A stretch of DNA of 64,000 bases from Blasia pusilla (Eukaryota): the NCBI GenBank assembly GCA_050084515.1, contig CM114271.1, forward strand, positions 34,162,001 to 34,226,000, in the 5' to 3' direction. Position 1 is the stretch's first letter. Each line of letters starts with the position of its first letter. The position numbers and the translations under genes are program-made. Below, one piece after another: positions 13,169 to 26,500 of this stretch. Under the pieces are notes generated by a model. The model saw only the letters and a list, made by a program, of their open reading frames with translations, was not told where the DNA came from and did no database searches.

Positions 13169-16087
13169 CTAATTTTTTACGGAAAAGGTTCTATCTTCAC
13201 TGAAGCTTCTCCGGTGATGAGCGAACGAGTCCCTCTTGGCGGTTCCCGACACTCTCCTTTGCCCCATGTAGCTGCAGTACCACTCGAAAGCGAAATTGGC
13301 ACCGCTGATCTTCTCATCCTCCACGCGAGATCGCACAGCGTGGATTTCGTTGCTGGGATCTTGCATGGGGGGCTTGTTTTCCAAGTACTCCGATCCTGAC
13401 GTTTCGCCCGATCGGTTGAAATCGCTGTCCGCCTTTTCACTTCTGCTACCGGAGGACGAGAATTTGCTGCGCCGAAGGAGCCCCAGCTTCATGAATGCTC
13501 TGCCCTTGAGGGAATTTTGAGACACGCACTTGGTGGTGTCTTCATCACAATCCGCTACTCTGTGCTTCTCCAAACATCTTCCCTTCTCCCTCGTCGGTGC
13601 CAGTGGCGCGCACCTTTCCCTGGATGCCGCGCGCCTCGACCTGCTCCGGCTCACTTCGGCGATGGAGTTGCTCAGCCGCTCGAAATCAAACGCAGCAGCG
13701 GGTGCGATCTTCAAGTTCTTCGTGGGCGTGGACGGAGGAGTCCGAGAGGATCCCATTGCATTTGTCCCTGACATCGTCTCAATTTCGAAGAGATCCGAGC
13801 TCGAGTCTCCGTCTTTGTCTTCCCTGCGCTGCCGTCTGCCGAAGCTTGGGGGTGACTTCGATCTCTTGGCACCCGCCGCGAAGCTCGCCCGCTCCAGAGA
13901 ATAGAATTTGAGCTTCTTGTTCATGCCTCGCCGTGATCTCGGCGGACAGGGAACGGCTGCCATGTGCAGCGGAGAGTGAGGACGAGAGGGGGGCATTGAG
14001 GAGAATTTCCCTGGTGAGCAAGGAAGTGATCTGCAGGGGGTGCCGGGCAGAACAATCTCATGAGCTCTTTTCGTGACTGTCTGCTCTACATCAAAAGAGA
14101 AGCTGCACCGGGCTAGCGTGATGTCATCAGAGAAGCTAATCCTCGGTGAAGCGATCTCTGAATGCGAATGCACTTGTTGGTGGTAACTTGGGCTCGGCGC
14201 AGCAGCTTCGGGGTTTGTGGGTGGGAGAGGCCATCTCCCACCGTGGTTTCTACCCGAAAATGTTCGAAGGTCGGTGATGGGTGGATCTTTCCACAGGCCC
14301 CGGGGTTCTCTAAAAGGTGAACACTCGGAGAATGACGAAGTGGGTGCGAGCAGGCAGGGGAAAGTGAAGCTGCCTTCCTGATCGGAGGAGGCATGTTCGG
14401 ATGAAGGCGAGGAATCCCCGCTGTGGAGAATGCGCGTGGTGAAGAAACCGCTGTGATTCCCAGACATCTCTGGTAACTCGACGTCGCTGAGCTCGAGGAT
14501 CTGTGGAGTGTCCCTGCTACCGTCCGGCATCCGGCTCTCCACCACGACGCATCCCACAGGAATGGGCGCCGACGACGAGTCATCTTCCTCCATGGCGTGC
14601 GTCTCCCCAGAAGGTTTCTGCTTGCATTCTTCCGCCAGCGGATTCTCGAACCATTGGCAGCCATGCTCGGAATCGCCCTTCTCCGCTGCAAGCTGCCGGT
14701 GCCTGGGATCATAAGCAACATCTCCGCGGCCGCCTCCTGCGAAAACCTGCTCGGGGCTCGTCGCCTCGTCGTCGTCGTCGTCGAGAGGCAGCGCAGTGAA
14801 GTCATCGTCCAGGTACGAAGAGCTGAAACTCGTACACGGTACGAAGTACTCGCAGGATGACTCTCCTCCGCTCCCATATCCGCCCCCTCCAGACGTGCTG
14901 GCTCTAGGTCCGACCAATGGAGTCGACCCGACCGGTTCACCTCCACTCACTCCTGTCAAAAATCCTCTGAACTCTTCCACGTCTTCGTCATCGCCATGGT
15001 CGTGCGTCAAGATTCGGCTGGCAGTCGAAGTCGCGGCAGCGGCAGCTCCCGAATGCGCCACCACCCGCACTCGAAAATCGACGAATTTGTCGACCTGATC
15101 TCCTCCTCCTACCGCTCGCTTGGCTTTCGAATAGAAAGCCTCTCTCGGCATCTCATCCGCCTGAGCTCTGACCTCCGCCTCGGCTTGGGAATGGACTAGC
15201 TCGCCTTCGGATTCCATGCAAGACCGAAGGTCGTCATCCGTATGCCCATCTTCACTCCCCGCAGCACCTCCTCCTGCCGCTGCTGCTGCTAACTGGAACC
15301 TCACTTTCTTCCTCGCGACTCGCGAGCTCTCCTTCGTGCCCGTCTCTTTGCCTGCGGCTGCAGATTTCCTCCTCTGGCGTCTCCGGGCCTTGGCTCGAGC
15401 TTGGACCGCGTTGAGCACGGAATCGAACCGATCATTCGCAGCCCGATAGTTGTCGTTGTCGACGGGCTTGTCGATTGTGCTGGAAGGGACTTCCCAGTCT
15501 TCTGACTTTCGAAGATGCTCATCCCACTCTTCAGACTCACCGCTCCTGGCGTAGTCGTCGTCCACATCCCCCGTGTCCTCGGGCGCCACTTTCGCAGGGC
15601 TGGCCGAGAAGCTCTGGGATACGTCGTTCTCCTCCAGGAACACAAAAGCGTCCCGAGCCGCAGCTTTTGCAGCCGACTCCGCATAGGATTTAGCGACGGC
15701 TTCCATGGCGTGCACGTCGAAACCCTTGAGAAGAGGGGATGAAAGGTAAGATGCGAAAGAGAAGTCGCCGGTGCACATTTGGTTGACATGGTGTACCCGA
15801 TTCCTCCCGCTGACACCTCCCAAGAACATCTCTAGCGGGCTGATGTAGTTGTACGACGTATCCCTCGACCTGCTCACCCTCTTGTAGAACAGAGACCCGA
15901 GAGCTCCCAGATCTCCGACATCAGCTGAAATTCTCGGAGTGTCGAGGCCGAAACTGTAACGCCCACTGGGATTGGGGCTCTCGTACTGCGAGCTCGCAGC
16001 TTCGGGGGTGCAGAATCCGTCATCCTCGCAATGGGAATGGCCGTGACCTCCTTTCGACAAGCAAACACCCATCTCGACAATCCCCAA
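13169..16087 (-). CDS. Intronless 972-aa largely disordered protein with PHYTOCHROME KINASE SUBSTRATE / BIG GRAIN-like motifs; probable true start at the MGVCLSK Met about 5 codons downstream
   Basis: Long uninterrupted GC-rich ORF. Contains FSFASYLS and DGDSSSDLFEIE, resembling PKS/BG1 conserved motifs, and an N-terminal MGxCxSK acylation-type signal. Confidence 0.7.
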   Translation of the reverse strand: MGIVEMGVCLSKGGHGHSHCEDDGFCTPEAASSQYESPNPSGRYSFGLDTPRISADVGDLGALGSLFYKRVSRSRDTSYNYISPLEMFLGGVSGRNRVHHVNQMCTGDFSFASYLSSPLLKGFDVHAMEAVAKSYAESAAKAAARDAFVFLEENDVSQSFSASPAKVAPEDTGDVDDDYARSGESEEWDEHLRKSEDWEVPSSTIDKPVDNDNYRAANDRFDSVLNAVQARAKARRRQRRKSAAAGKETGTKESSRVARKKVRFQLAAAAAGGGAAGSEDGHTDDDLRSCMESEGELVHSQAEAEVRAQADEMPREAFYSKAKRAVGGGDQVDKFVDFRVRVVAHSGAAAAATSTASRILTHDHGDDEDVEEFRGFLTGVSGGEPVGSTPLVGPRASTSGGGGYGSGGESSCEYFVPCTSFSSSYLDDDFTALPLDDDDDEATSPEQVFAGGGRGDVAYDPRHRQLAAEKGDSEHGCQWFENPLAEECKQKPSGETHAMEEDDSSSAPIPVGCVVVESRMPDGSRDTPQILELSDVELPEMSGNHSGFFTTRILHSGDSSPSSEHASSDQEGSFTFPCLLAPTSSFSECSPFREPRGLWKDPPITDLRTFSGRNHGGRWPLPPTNPEAAAPSPSYHQQVHSHSEIASPRISFSDDITLARCSFSFDVEQTVTKRAHEIVLPGTPCRSLPCSPGKFSSMPPSRPHSPLHMAAVPCPPRSRRGMNKKLKFYSLERASFAAGAKRSKSPPSFGRRQRREDKDGDSSSDLFEIETMSGTNAMGSSRTPPSTPTKNLKIAPAAAFDFERLSNSIAEVSRSRSRRAASRERCAPLAPTREKGRCLEKHRVADCDEDTTKCVSQNSLKGRAFMKLGLLRRSKFSSSGSRSEKADSDFNRSGETSGSEYLENKPPMQDPSNEIHAVRSRVEDEKISGANFAFEWYCSYMGQRRVSGTAKRDSFAHHRRSFSEDRTFSVKN

Positions 16088-17127
16088 TTGACGCTTCTCT
16101 CCGCGTTCACATGAAATATGTCAACACCTCCGATTGCTCCCTCGCCTCATCGATCATTCACGATGCCGTACTCTTGCCGTTGTCCCATTGAGTCCTCGCA
16201 AACCCGCATTCGCCCCTCCCGACCTCCACACCATAGTGCTGCAAGTGTCCACAGCTTCTCGTATCCCTTCACATCGGGACATGTCCGAAACCCATCGCGC
16301 ACGAACATTACCTCTGCCACGGCCTCTGCTTCGGTACGGCGATCACTCCTTGCGACTTCGCTTTCTCTCCACTCTTCTACTCTTGCAGCCCAGACCCCCC
16401 GGGTCGAGCAGCCTCGTGAACTTGTTCGTGCACGGGACTCGCCTCTTGGCTAGAGCACAGCACGCAGCAGTGCACCAGCGCAGGCAGGGTTAGATCAAAC
16501 AAAAGCAGCTTGGAATGAAGCGGCAGGCAGAGACTATGGATGCCCACCCACATGTGCTGTTATCTGTTCCCGGCCCTACCTAAAGCAAAAGGAGCTCCTC
16601 CGCAACCCCACCCAGCCTACCTCACACTTCCTCCCCTACTCCGCACTCATACCACTGCCACTTCGGCTGCCGATGCGCTTTCTATCGAGACACTTCGCCC
16701 CTCGTTCCCCGCCCCTCCACCATTTTCGCTGCGCCGCTTCTGAGATTAGCCCCAGAAAAGAAGAACCCCGATGTCTACCGACTCCGTCACTGCTGCTGTC
16801 CGCTAGTCCCTGTATAAATACTGAAACGTACGTATATTGATACGCAGGCGAGCGAGCGAGGAATCGCGCGAATCGACCGCAGCTGCCATCGAATCGCATC
16901 ACTCCAAAAAGTATTCGTATACACACTGTAGAAGGATCGATCGTGTGCCCGTCATCCTCCTCCCCTTCGCACAGAAGAGAAGAAGGTCTCGTCTCCGACC
17001 GGGAGAGGCGAGCGAGCCAGGGAAGGAACGAACGAACGCCCATCGCCTCGTCTTCCGTCTAGACCGTTGTTCACAGCGCAGGCATTCACTGCACGCCACC
17101 GGATGACTGAATCACTCGATCCGCTCT

Positions 17128-17158
17128 GTCCGTCCGTCCGTCCGTCCGTCCGTCCGTC
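17128..17158. repeat. (GTCC)n microsatellite
   Basis: Direct reading of the sequence. Confidence 0.9.
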
Positions 17159-17474
17159 TGTCGGTCGGCGAACGCAGGGGGAGGGCCGTATACCGGATCT
17201 CAGATAGGCTAGGGACGTCGTACAGCTAGGCTCGGGGAGCTACCTCAAGGAGCCGTATTCCTACGATACGATATACATCAAATGTAGAGGGACTCCTTCC
17301 ACAGTGCCTATACTAAACTTATCCCTCATTTCGAGCCGCCCGATAAGGCTACGTGGTGACATGGCCCACATCCGACGGTACGAGGGCCCCCTTCATTCCG
17401 ACAGTTGACCTTCACCACTCCAGACTCCACAAAGTGTAATGATTTTCGCTCCACGTACGTCAGTGACGAAGTAT

Positions 17475-17484
17475 GCCACGTGGC
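17475..17484. promoter_or_regulatory. Perfect palindromic G-box (GCCACGTGGC) upstream of the PKS/BG-like gene
   Basis: Exact motif about 1.4 kb upstream of the minus-strand ORF start, with other ACGT cores nearby. Confidence 0.35.
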
Positions 17485-18303
17485 TATTTCGGATTGCCGA
17501 AAGCTGTAGGGAGCCGTTGTGCACGGTTACGGACGAGGCAAGGCACCTGGCCGCACAATTATAGTCGCCGAGATCTTCGCCGGAATCTCCACTCGGCTTC
17601 TTCATGTCAGCGCCGAGACCGGTGTCCCCGCTTTCCCGTTCCAATCGCCATGTTCTCCTCTAGCCGTTAACGAAACTCCAAACTTGGAGATTCTCCACCC
17701 TTTGCCTCCTTTCGCCAGCGTCGGTGGACATCTGAAGGCGTAGCCCGTCGCCGATCGGACGGCTCAGTCTTCCCAACATGCCGTGTCCTCGCATCTCCGA
17801 CACTGCCACGTGTGTCGTCACTCCTCTCGCTCCCGCCGAACCCCTCGCGAGCCTGGCCGGCGAGCTCCGGCCCACCTTCGCCAGCCTCGGCGAAACCCTC
17901 CGCCCTCCTACAGCCGGGCTAACTACGATCCCGTCGCCTCTCCAAGACCGAACGAACGAATCATACGGTTCCACCAATCAAATCTGCTGGAAATATAATT
18001 AATTAATTAACTATACCTTCTCCACGCGAACGGGATCTCCTATGGAATTCCGTTTATTTAATCTCCTCCCTGAAGCCACGTCATACTGGGCCCATGCTCG
18101 TTTTCGGATATACTGCGACAACGATTCCCCACTATCCCACAATATAGTTTCACGACACGTCTTTCCTACAAACTAATGTGGCCCCCCAATATTAATGCAA
18201 GATAACGACGGGACGGGAGTGCGTTTAGGGCAAAGATTTAACTGAGAAACGACACAGTTTTAGATTGGGGCTATTATTTCGGTCCCGTATTAGTGATCAT
18301 CAT

Positions 18304-21300
18304 CGAGGTTCGGGGAGTTTTTTTAAATCATCGGACTACTACCGGTAAAAGTATATCTTATCGGATTTTTTCCAAAGGTACCGGTAGTAGCGGGAAGATT
18401 TTAGACTTTCCGTTTTATGTTCGGAAATTTTTTTATTACTCGGTTAAAATCTGAAAATCCCTTTTTTCTCTTCTTCATACTTATGGTGTTTTTTTTTTTC
18501 CCTTCCAATTTCCGGTCGTAATTCTAGCAGCCGGCCCAAAGTCCACCTACCAAATACCTCAACTAAACATGAAGATAATTTTTTTTCTACATAAAAAGTT
18601 GTGAGATAACTCTTAAATTAATTTATCATATAGAGAATTCTCTGTACCTCCTAAATCATTTTATAAAGTCATCTTTGGCATGAGTTGAGTCGGGCAAAAC
18701 TCCCACATGTTGGGAGCCAAGGATCCTTCCCCTCTTGAATATTTGGAGCCTCATGGCTCCAAGTATTCAAGAAGGGTCCTACTTCCTAAAGTAGTCTAAT
18801 CTACAGATATTTTAGTGGGATCCACTTTTTCAATCGGAGAGATATATCTATTTGGATTTGCAAACAAGTACCTAAAATGAGCAGAATTCTTCCATAATAT
18901 CACAGACTCAGAAAATATCTCCTCGGAATCAGATGAAGGTCCTTCTGAGGCAATCCTCAAGACGGCATCTAAATACTTGGTGGTCAACCTATTACGAAAT
19001 TTAGTCTTTATCATGTTTTGAATGGAAAAAGCCCTCTCACATATGGTAGTACTAACACACTGGACTCCAGTTACATTTCCAAAATCAAAAAATTGGAAAA
19101 TTTACATTGCAAGGAGGGACTCCAACTTACTATAGCCCACAAGTCTCTAATTGCGATCCTTCCACTCAGTAGTAGCCATCAAGTTGAAAGACTGAAACTC
19201 TTGCTTAATAATTGGAGAATTAATGACAGCTGGTTGCAACTGACCCCGCAATGGCAATTGAGCTCCAAAAAAACCACTCAAGTCATCTAAATCTTTACAT
19301 CCCCAACTATCCAATCCCACTTGCCAAGAAGGCATGTGTAGAGGATTGAGGATTCTCATTGAACCAATGAGGTTGTTATCTCGAAAGCGTTCATGTAAAG
19401 CTACACACACACTTTCAGCAAACCTTTTCTCAAAGAATAAGGCAGCCTCCAAGTCCTTTCCTGTCCGATCCCGAGATACATCGATACTTTGAAATTTTTT
19501 CCTCTAATCTCATAAGATAACAACCAGGTGGCCCAAGTCATGAAGTAAATGATAACATGTATCTTCATAGAAGGTTGAAGCATTCAAGTCATGAGTTTCC
19601 ATGACAAAATTCATGGTAATCCTAGCTATCTCTGAATTGACGATGCTCCCTATAGTGCTAACATCCACAAACTTGTACTGAAATATCTTACTCAGATTTC
19701 CAAGCATGGAAAGAATATCAGCCAGAAAAATACAATTGATAGATCATTTGGAATGATCTCAGCCTGTTGAATAAATTCACAACATTCCCATCATCCTCTA
19801 AAGGAGGAATATCTCTAATGTCAATACTGATTCTAAAGAATCACACAATGTGGTCACAGCTTGCCAACAAGATAACCATCAAATCTTGTGGTATCTCTTC
19901 ATGACTCGTTGGGATTCATTGAACTTTTCCTGGAAAGATGCTACAATTATCATCCTCTTGGACGACTTTCTAAAGTAACTAGCTACAACATTTAGAATTG
20001 AATCAACTTCAGAGGATATTAACTTGCAATTAGGAGCTTTTGCAGTAGACAAAGCAGCTAGATTCGTTCTATGGGCCACACAATGAACTGAAAGAATGTA
20101 AGGGTTTACCTTCTGCCTCATTTGGGAGGCTACCCATGTCTGGCTACCTACCATTGTTGATGCACCATCTAAACCAAATGCTATCATTTTGGAGAATTCC
20201 AACCCTCCATCTTTGATTAGTTGCAGCAAGGTTTGAGAAATAGCATTAGAACATTTCGATTCAAGCAAAGTAATCCTAGAAAACAACATTATGCCTGCCC
20301 TTCTTCAATGAAAGTGGCGAACACGACCAAATGCCTTGTTACAGATATGTCTGTTGACTCATCGATCATAATTCCAAAGAAAGGAGAGGCTTGAACTCTA
20401 GCAAGAGTTCTTCTATGCAGAACCTGGCTAATAAAATAAGACATTTCACTACAACTCGTTTCATCTTGGTATAAGTCTCTGGTAATGGGAGCATTGACAG
20501 AAATCATCAACTTACAGAGATTGGGAAATTTCAGAAATGGCATAGCCTCCTTTGCATGGAAGTATGCGCACTTAAAAAATGTCATCAAAGTGACTTCGCA
20601 AGTTTGGTTGGTTATGGAAATGGCCTTTGCCATCGACTTCTTATCCCCAATTGCAGCCCATGCAAGCTTAATGTGCTCATTGGACTTTGCATGGTCCATA
20701 AAGGCTGAAACCTTGCAATTAATTGTACATATGTTGCAAAGACACTCTTCCCCTTCCCCTTCCTACAAACTTTACAAAATATTCTACCAAGCACTAGTTC
20801 AAAATCAATCCAATCAAACATTTAATACCAGACATCCTTCCATGCTACACAAACTTTTTCGGATATAGCTGCACTGCTTCCTGATGGAGGCTGCTCGTCT
20901 CTTTCATTAGATGAGCCAGACAATGCGATAATGTCAAGTCCATCATCTGTGCGTTCCTTACCTAGGAACGCAACCATTGTTTTCTGTCTCTTGGCCATGT
21001 GCATTTATGAGAAACTACCTACTCAATGTCTAAAATGATCTAGACTAAAATTTGTAAACCTATCAAACCTTAACCCGAAAGTAAACCCAACAGCAAGGAA
21101 AGTTAATAAAAGGAGTTGGCTCGTTGGATAAAGAGTGCGGCTTAGCAGAGCTGCAGAAATCCAAAACTCAGAAACAAAACATGAAAGCCTGAGGCTACGC
21201 GAAACGTTGGGGGATGGGCGCACTACAGTGCATCGAGAAAATCGAGCAGTATACAAGCAAATGCAGTGGAGAACCCCTAGCCGCCCCAAATATTCATAGA

Positions 21301-22644
21301 GTCCCAAACCCGCGCCCAAATATCTGTAGAGACCAGGCCACAAATCACCCCAAAAAATTGTGGAAAGCCCCAAAGATTTGATGCCAGAAGTGTGGCAATA
21401 CATAGCAAAGTAAGAGCGATTGAAGCAAAGCAACTAGGGCGTTCAATGGAAGTGTAGCATCATAGTGCGGATCCAAATTTCAAGACTCCAAGTCCAAGAG
21501 CAAAACGAACATGGAAAATTTCGGATTGGCACTCAGATCTTGAGAGCCTTGCAACATAAAACTGTGCAACCAAAAAACGGCTAGTTTTGTGACAGGGCGT
21601 GGAGCTTGGAGCTAAAACAAAGTCAGCAAGGCCCACGACTCGGACTTTTTGACTCTACGTTCAGATTTGGAGAGCCCTCACCTCTCCAAAACAAAATGCA
21701 TAGGAGGACAACGGAGGGCCCGCAGCTCGAAGCTGGGACTTTGTGGAGCAACAGATGAGCACGGTAGCAAATGGGCACAACACGTAGCCCGCACCTGTAG
21801 GAAAAAAAAAAAAAGGAATTTAAAAAGAAGCATTGCATGCAACTCAAACTCCTGGACTCGGAGAGAGCAAGTGTGTAGCTCGGATAGAGCCGTATGCTAC
21901 GTGTGCACTGTGCAGCAGGGAAACGAAAAGTGCAGGGAAACAAAAAGCAGCAGCAGAGGGCCCATAGCTCAGAGAGAAATAAAATGCACTAGTAAAGGGT
22001 GTAGCTCGGATAGAAATGAAAATCAGCAGCGGAGGGCCCTAGGCGCGTAGCTTGGACATAAATGAAAAGCAGCAGCAGAGGGCCATGGGCGCGTAACTTT
22101 GAGAGACAAGTCACAATAGTGCATACTGCAGCCGAATGATAGAGTCATAGAATCCCAGGGAATGACCAGATCTGAACCTTGCCGTGGATCTCCACCCCCA
22201 GTTGCTTCGCCCCTGCGTATGAGTTCTTTCCCATGGAGCCGTTCGATCAAGATCGGACAGAACGCATTATGTCCATTAACGGCATATGTTTAAATGAACA
22301 TCCAAGATTTACCTGTCTTGTCTCGATGCACTCCTGCCGTCCATGACACTAGCCAATCAAATTAAAGAATCAGATTTTCGGCTACCAAGAAGTGATTCAG
22401 TAAAATACTCTCCACCTGAAATCTCATCTCGGCCTAAACCGGAAGTCTTGCCCGTCCTGCTACATTTTCCGGTAGCTCATGCCTGAAACCACTTCTATTC
22501 CGGCGTCGCGCATCTATATCCGTCAGCCGACGGAATCCTCTTAAATTCAGCCGAAAACCCTGCCGGTAATATGCTTGTGGAGTCGGTAAATCTCAAAAAT
22601 TGCCGGTCGGGGTTACTCATAACCCCAGATCTCCCTAAACATTG
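18304..22644 (-). mobile_element. hAT-superfamily DNA transposon (ZNF862/DUF4371-like transposase), full-length but defective
   Basis: 8-bp TSD ATCATCAT at 18296-18303 and 22645-22652. Imperfect 14-bp TIRs CGAGGTTCGGGGAG / CAATGTTTAGGGAG (9/14 match). CCGG/TCGG-rich subterminal regions and an internal transposase. Confidence 0.85.
18796..21004 (-). pseudogene. hAT transposase pseudogene
   Basis: Consecutive fragments carry FCKVC (Zn finger), FFGIMIDESTD, FGLDGASTMVG, VHCVAHRTNLA, I*WLS (RW motif mutated to stop) and C-terminal CERGFS..IKTKFRNRL dimerization motif; multiple frameshifts. Confidence 0.85.
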
Positions 22645-23488
22645 ATCATCATATGTTAGAGGGTTCTTTATGTTCCGTCTCCCTCTTCAAATGATGTTAG
22701 CTGGTGGTCATTCTTCACTCTTGGAGCTCTAAATTATTATGAATCTCGATCTATGGATACCCACTCATGCTTCCCCATTCAAAAAGTAGCTCCCTTGTAG
22801 TGTTCCCTTCTTATGTGGTCTAGCTTTGGCTTCTATTTTCCATAGTTGGGTTTCTTGCCATGCACTATCAATGTCAATGAGCACTAAACCATCCTATGGG
22901 AATCTTTTGTGTCAATCCTATGGGAATATTTTGTTTGGCGAACTAGACCAGATTTCGAAGTCCAAAATTTTCAACTTTTTATATTTGTATGTTCCCATTC
23001 TTGCAAAATGGGGGAAGTGTATACAATTGTTAGGTCATGATTTTGTCTATCATATGTATTTGATGGCCCCAAATGTGTTATGTCTTTACCACGTCCTCAT
23101 TCCATTAGACATATTAGTAAAATTCGTGCGATGAACGGGTTTAAATTACCTCCCATATTTAACTCTCAAAATTTTCAAGTGTAAATTTTAATCAAGTTTT
23201 AGCAATCCTAGTGGCTCGGCAGGCGAGCAATCCTATTAGTTGAAAGTGCCAAGTATTAGAGGAGAGGAGTTTGAAAAATGAAGGGGCACTCTCCAATAAT
23301 AATATAGATTGTGCATGCATTTGCTTTTCCTTTTTTGTTTCTTTAGGATTTTCAAATATCTTCTATGTAGAGAAGTACATCATTTCAAGGTGTTTGCCAC
23401 GCAAACCTATTACTTGGAAAAAATATCTAATGATCATAACTTCTATCTTTGCTTGTCTACCATGAAGCTCTCTAACCTATTCGAAATT

Positions 23489-23546
<58 letters not shown>
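23489..23546. repeat. Compound (TA)n(GA)n microsatellite
   Basis: Direct reading of the sequence. Confidence 0.9.
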
Positions 23547-23550
<4 letters not shown>

Positions 23551-26500
23551 TATACAGATCCATGGCAATGAGTATACGAATCTCCCACATAGAAGAGATT
23601 CTCCTCCTCGAGAGTTCAATATTTCTTACCGTGTATTTATCCCTATAAGATTCTTTTTAAGTCAATTTAAATATATTAAAACAAGCATGCAGTGATGAAA
23701 TATGGCAATAATTTCAATAAATAACCACATCACTACAGATTAGAAATGGGAAAAATGAACATTATTCTACCATAGAAAGGTTCTTACTAGTATAGATTGT
23801 GGGAGATATATATGTGCCATTATTTAATCTTTTTTAATTATCTTTATGCTAGGGAAGAAAGGTACAAAAAGAACTAATTTTGCTTCCATAAGAATGTAAT
23901 CTCTTAGTATGGAATAAAATCACGGATGATATGCTATCCTTATTCTTATGTTGAATTTTTTACTAAAAAAATTGATATGCATGAAATTCAACATGAAGTC
24001 CTACAAATGATACAACCAAACAATCATTTGAAACTCATATAATCTATACTATTAAAAACAAAGTCCTCGTTTGATTAAAAATTTTAGGGAAATCTTTTGT
24101 AATAGAATGATATCCATGTGTCCTCTTTCCTTTTTAAGATATGGTCATATGTTGGAGATTTATAGTGATATTTCATGGGTATGTTATTAGTAGAGCTATT
24201 CAATTCGGATTCTGCCAAGTTCAAGGGCCTTGGATGCCTAGGTTATGGATAATTCCCCGTTCATAGAATCAAACACCTATTTTGATGTGTCATTTTTCCA
24301 AACGGCGTTTTAACACCGACGTCCAAATGGATGTTTTTTTCCTCTTTGGGATGATTCTAATTTTATTATTTAGTGAAATATTTTAATAAAATAATTTTAA
24401 ATTATTTTCACTCGTATGGACACAATGGAAATTCCTTCCCTCCCCGAACTTCTCCCCTATTTGGAGAATTGAGTAGCCCTAGTAGGATATCATGGGTCTC
24501 TTGCAAGAGGAAACTTCCTTCTTTCCTCATGGGCTGAACCTTTCTACAACTAAATAAGACTTATATTTCTTCTTGACTTCCTTTTTGGAATGACTATATT
24601 TTATGGTTATTTGAAATTTCCACCAATGAATCACGTGGATTTGTATGTTCTAGCTTACATAATAGAAATATGAGATTACATTTGGAAAATCAAGCAAAAT
24701 AATTTGGAAAACGAGTTTAATCCTACTTATCAACATGGATGTTACTTACATCAAAATATGAAATTGCCATTATTTTTTAAATTTTGTGTATGTCTTTCAG
24801 GACATGGGTTAGTTTTGCAATAAGAATGTATGATGGGGTAATTTTTTCATTATAATTATGATTAAGTTCATGTGTATGTTGTCATTGTGAGAAGTTATAC
24901 ACATACAAGGAGATTGTGAATTGGAAATTTTTCCAATAATAGAATTTGACATTGTAGTTTTCCAAATTCAAAGCTAATTACAAGAGATCTCATCTTTTTA
25001 AAACTTAAGTCTAATAATAATTCTTATCATAGTTTTCAAAGCCACTTTGAACAATAATTAACCCAATTCCTTCCTTTTCTTGATCATTATGGGCAAGACC
25101 AAGGTAAAAACATGGGGTTTTGAAAACTAGGTACTCTTTCAAATGAATCTCTTGCTCCATCTCCGTTGAGCAAGAGGCCTATATTATTGTCCCCTATGTA
25201 TCATAGCATACTTAGGCAAGATCAAGTGTAGAAAGCTATACGATTGCACCAATAGTATGCATATACGTCCGTTCAGGTGCGCTATAAGCGAGTCTTATGG
25301 TCTGACCAAGTTGAGTGTTGGAGAATCCTTAGAGAGTAAGGTTTTGTGAACATTCATCCAATATCAAATATAGAGGTGGATGTGTATATATAGGTTGGCT
25401 CCCATGTTGTTGCATATGGACAATGTGATTCAAACCATGCGGATCCCATATAGATTCTAATCCCCATAAATGCCTTGATTGTGATGATTTGGTTATCCAC
25501 TAATATTCTTGGCACAAGATAGAGTGAATAATTCCATACATATGCATGAAAATGCAAATTATGGTATGTATGGACGGTCACCTGGGGATATATTGGAAAT
25601 ACATCCTCTAACACATGAACGATGCAAGTGTAGTCATGACAACATAGGCAAATATTCATGTGCTTGTCCATGAGACTGCAAAGTTGGTTCTTCATGCTTC
25701 CTCCACCACCTCCTTCCCTTGAGATGGAGGTCAACCAAGTGACGTTGAGCACGTAAGCATCTAGTGTTGAGCACTCAAGCCTCGAGTCACAAAATCCCAT
25801 AACAAGGGGAGGTGATCTTGAGTTTGAACGCGTGTCATGGTAGATGAGATGTAGGGCGAGATAAAATTGAGGCCTTAAAGGGATCTTTTACTTTCCCATT
25901 TTGAGAGGTCAGATGTAACATATTCTTAGGAGATGACCTACGAGCATAGGTCTCCCTTCACTTTGTAAGGAGTGGCAACCTTGGACAGGTTGGTCTTATA
26001 AGATCATGCGTGAAGATGTTAGGGAGTTAGTACCTTGTGTAGCCTAGGTTGTTGGTGACTTATTAAGAGGAGGTTATTTGACTTTATGATGTTTCCCATA
26101 CTATGGTTATGGTCAACACTCGCTTGTCATTGTAGTATTGGTCTATATACATTTAACATAGAAGAAGTTCAAATCTAATGTCGTTCTCCTTCTTGAAGTA
26201 GTCCTTTCTATAATTACCTTTGATCCCATACTAGAAGTTGTAAGATCTAGGTCATTGTAGTCCAAAACCTTAATTATGGGGCATTTCCCCTCCCCCTAAA
26301 GTTGCCCTTAACTTCCTTTGCCAAATTTTGTTTCTTGACAATACTAATATGGTTGTTTCTAATCTTAGAAGGTCGAGTTCTATTGACCTCAACCTTAGGA
26401 GCCAAATCTTCTACCATAGATGTGGTTTTCATTACCATTTTTTTTGTAGAATACTTATATTCCTATAAACTACTTGAAGAAACATTAGGTCCTAATCATA

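Noticed and set aside
13177-16110. Many overlapping alternative-frame and antisense ORFs
   Set aside because: These are shadow ORFs of the GC-rich 972-aa gene.
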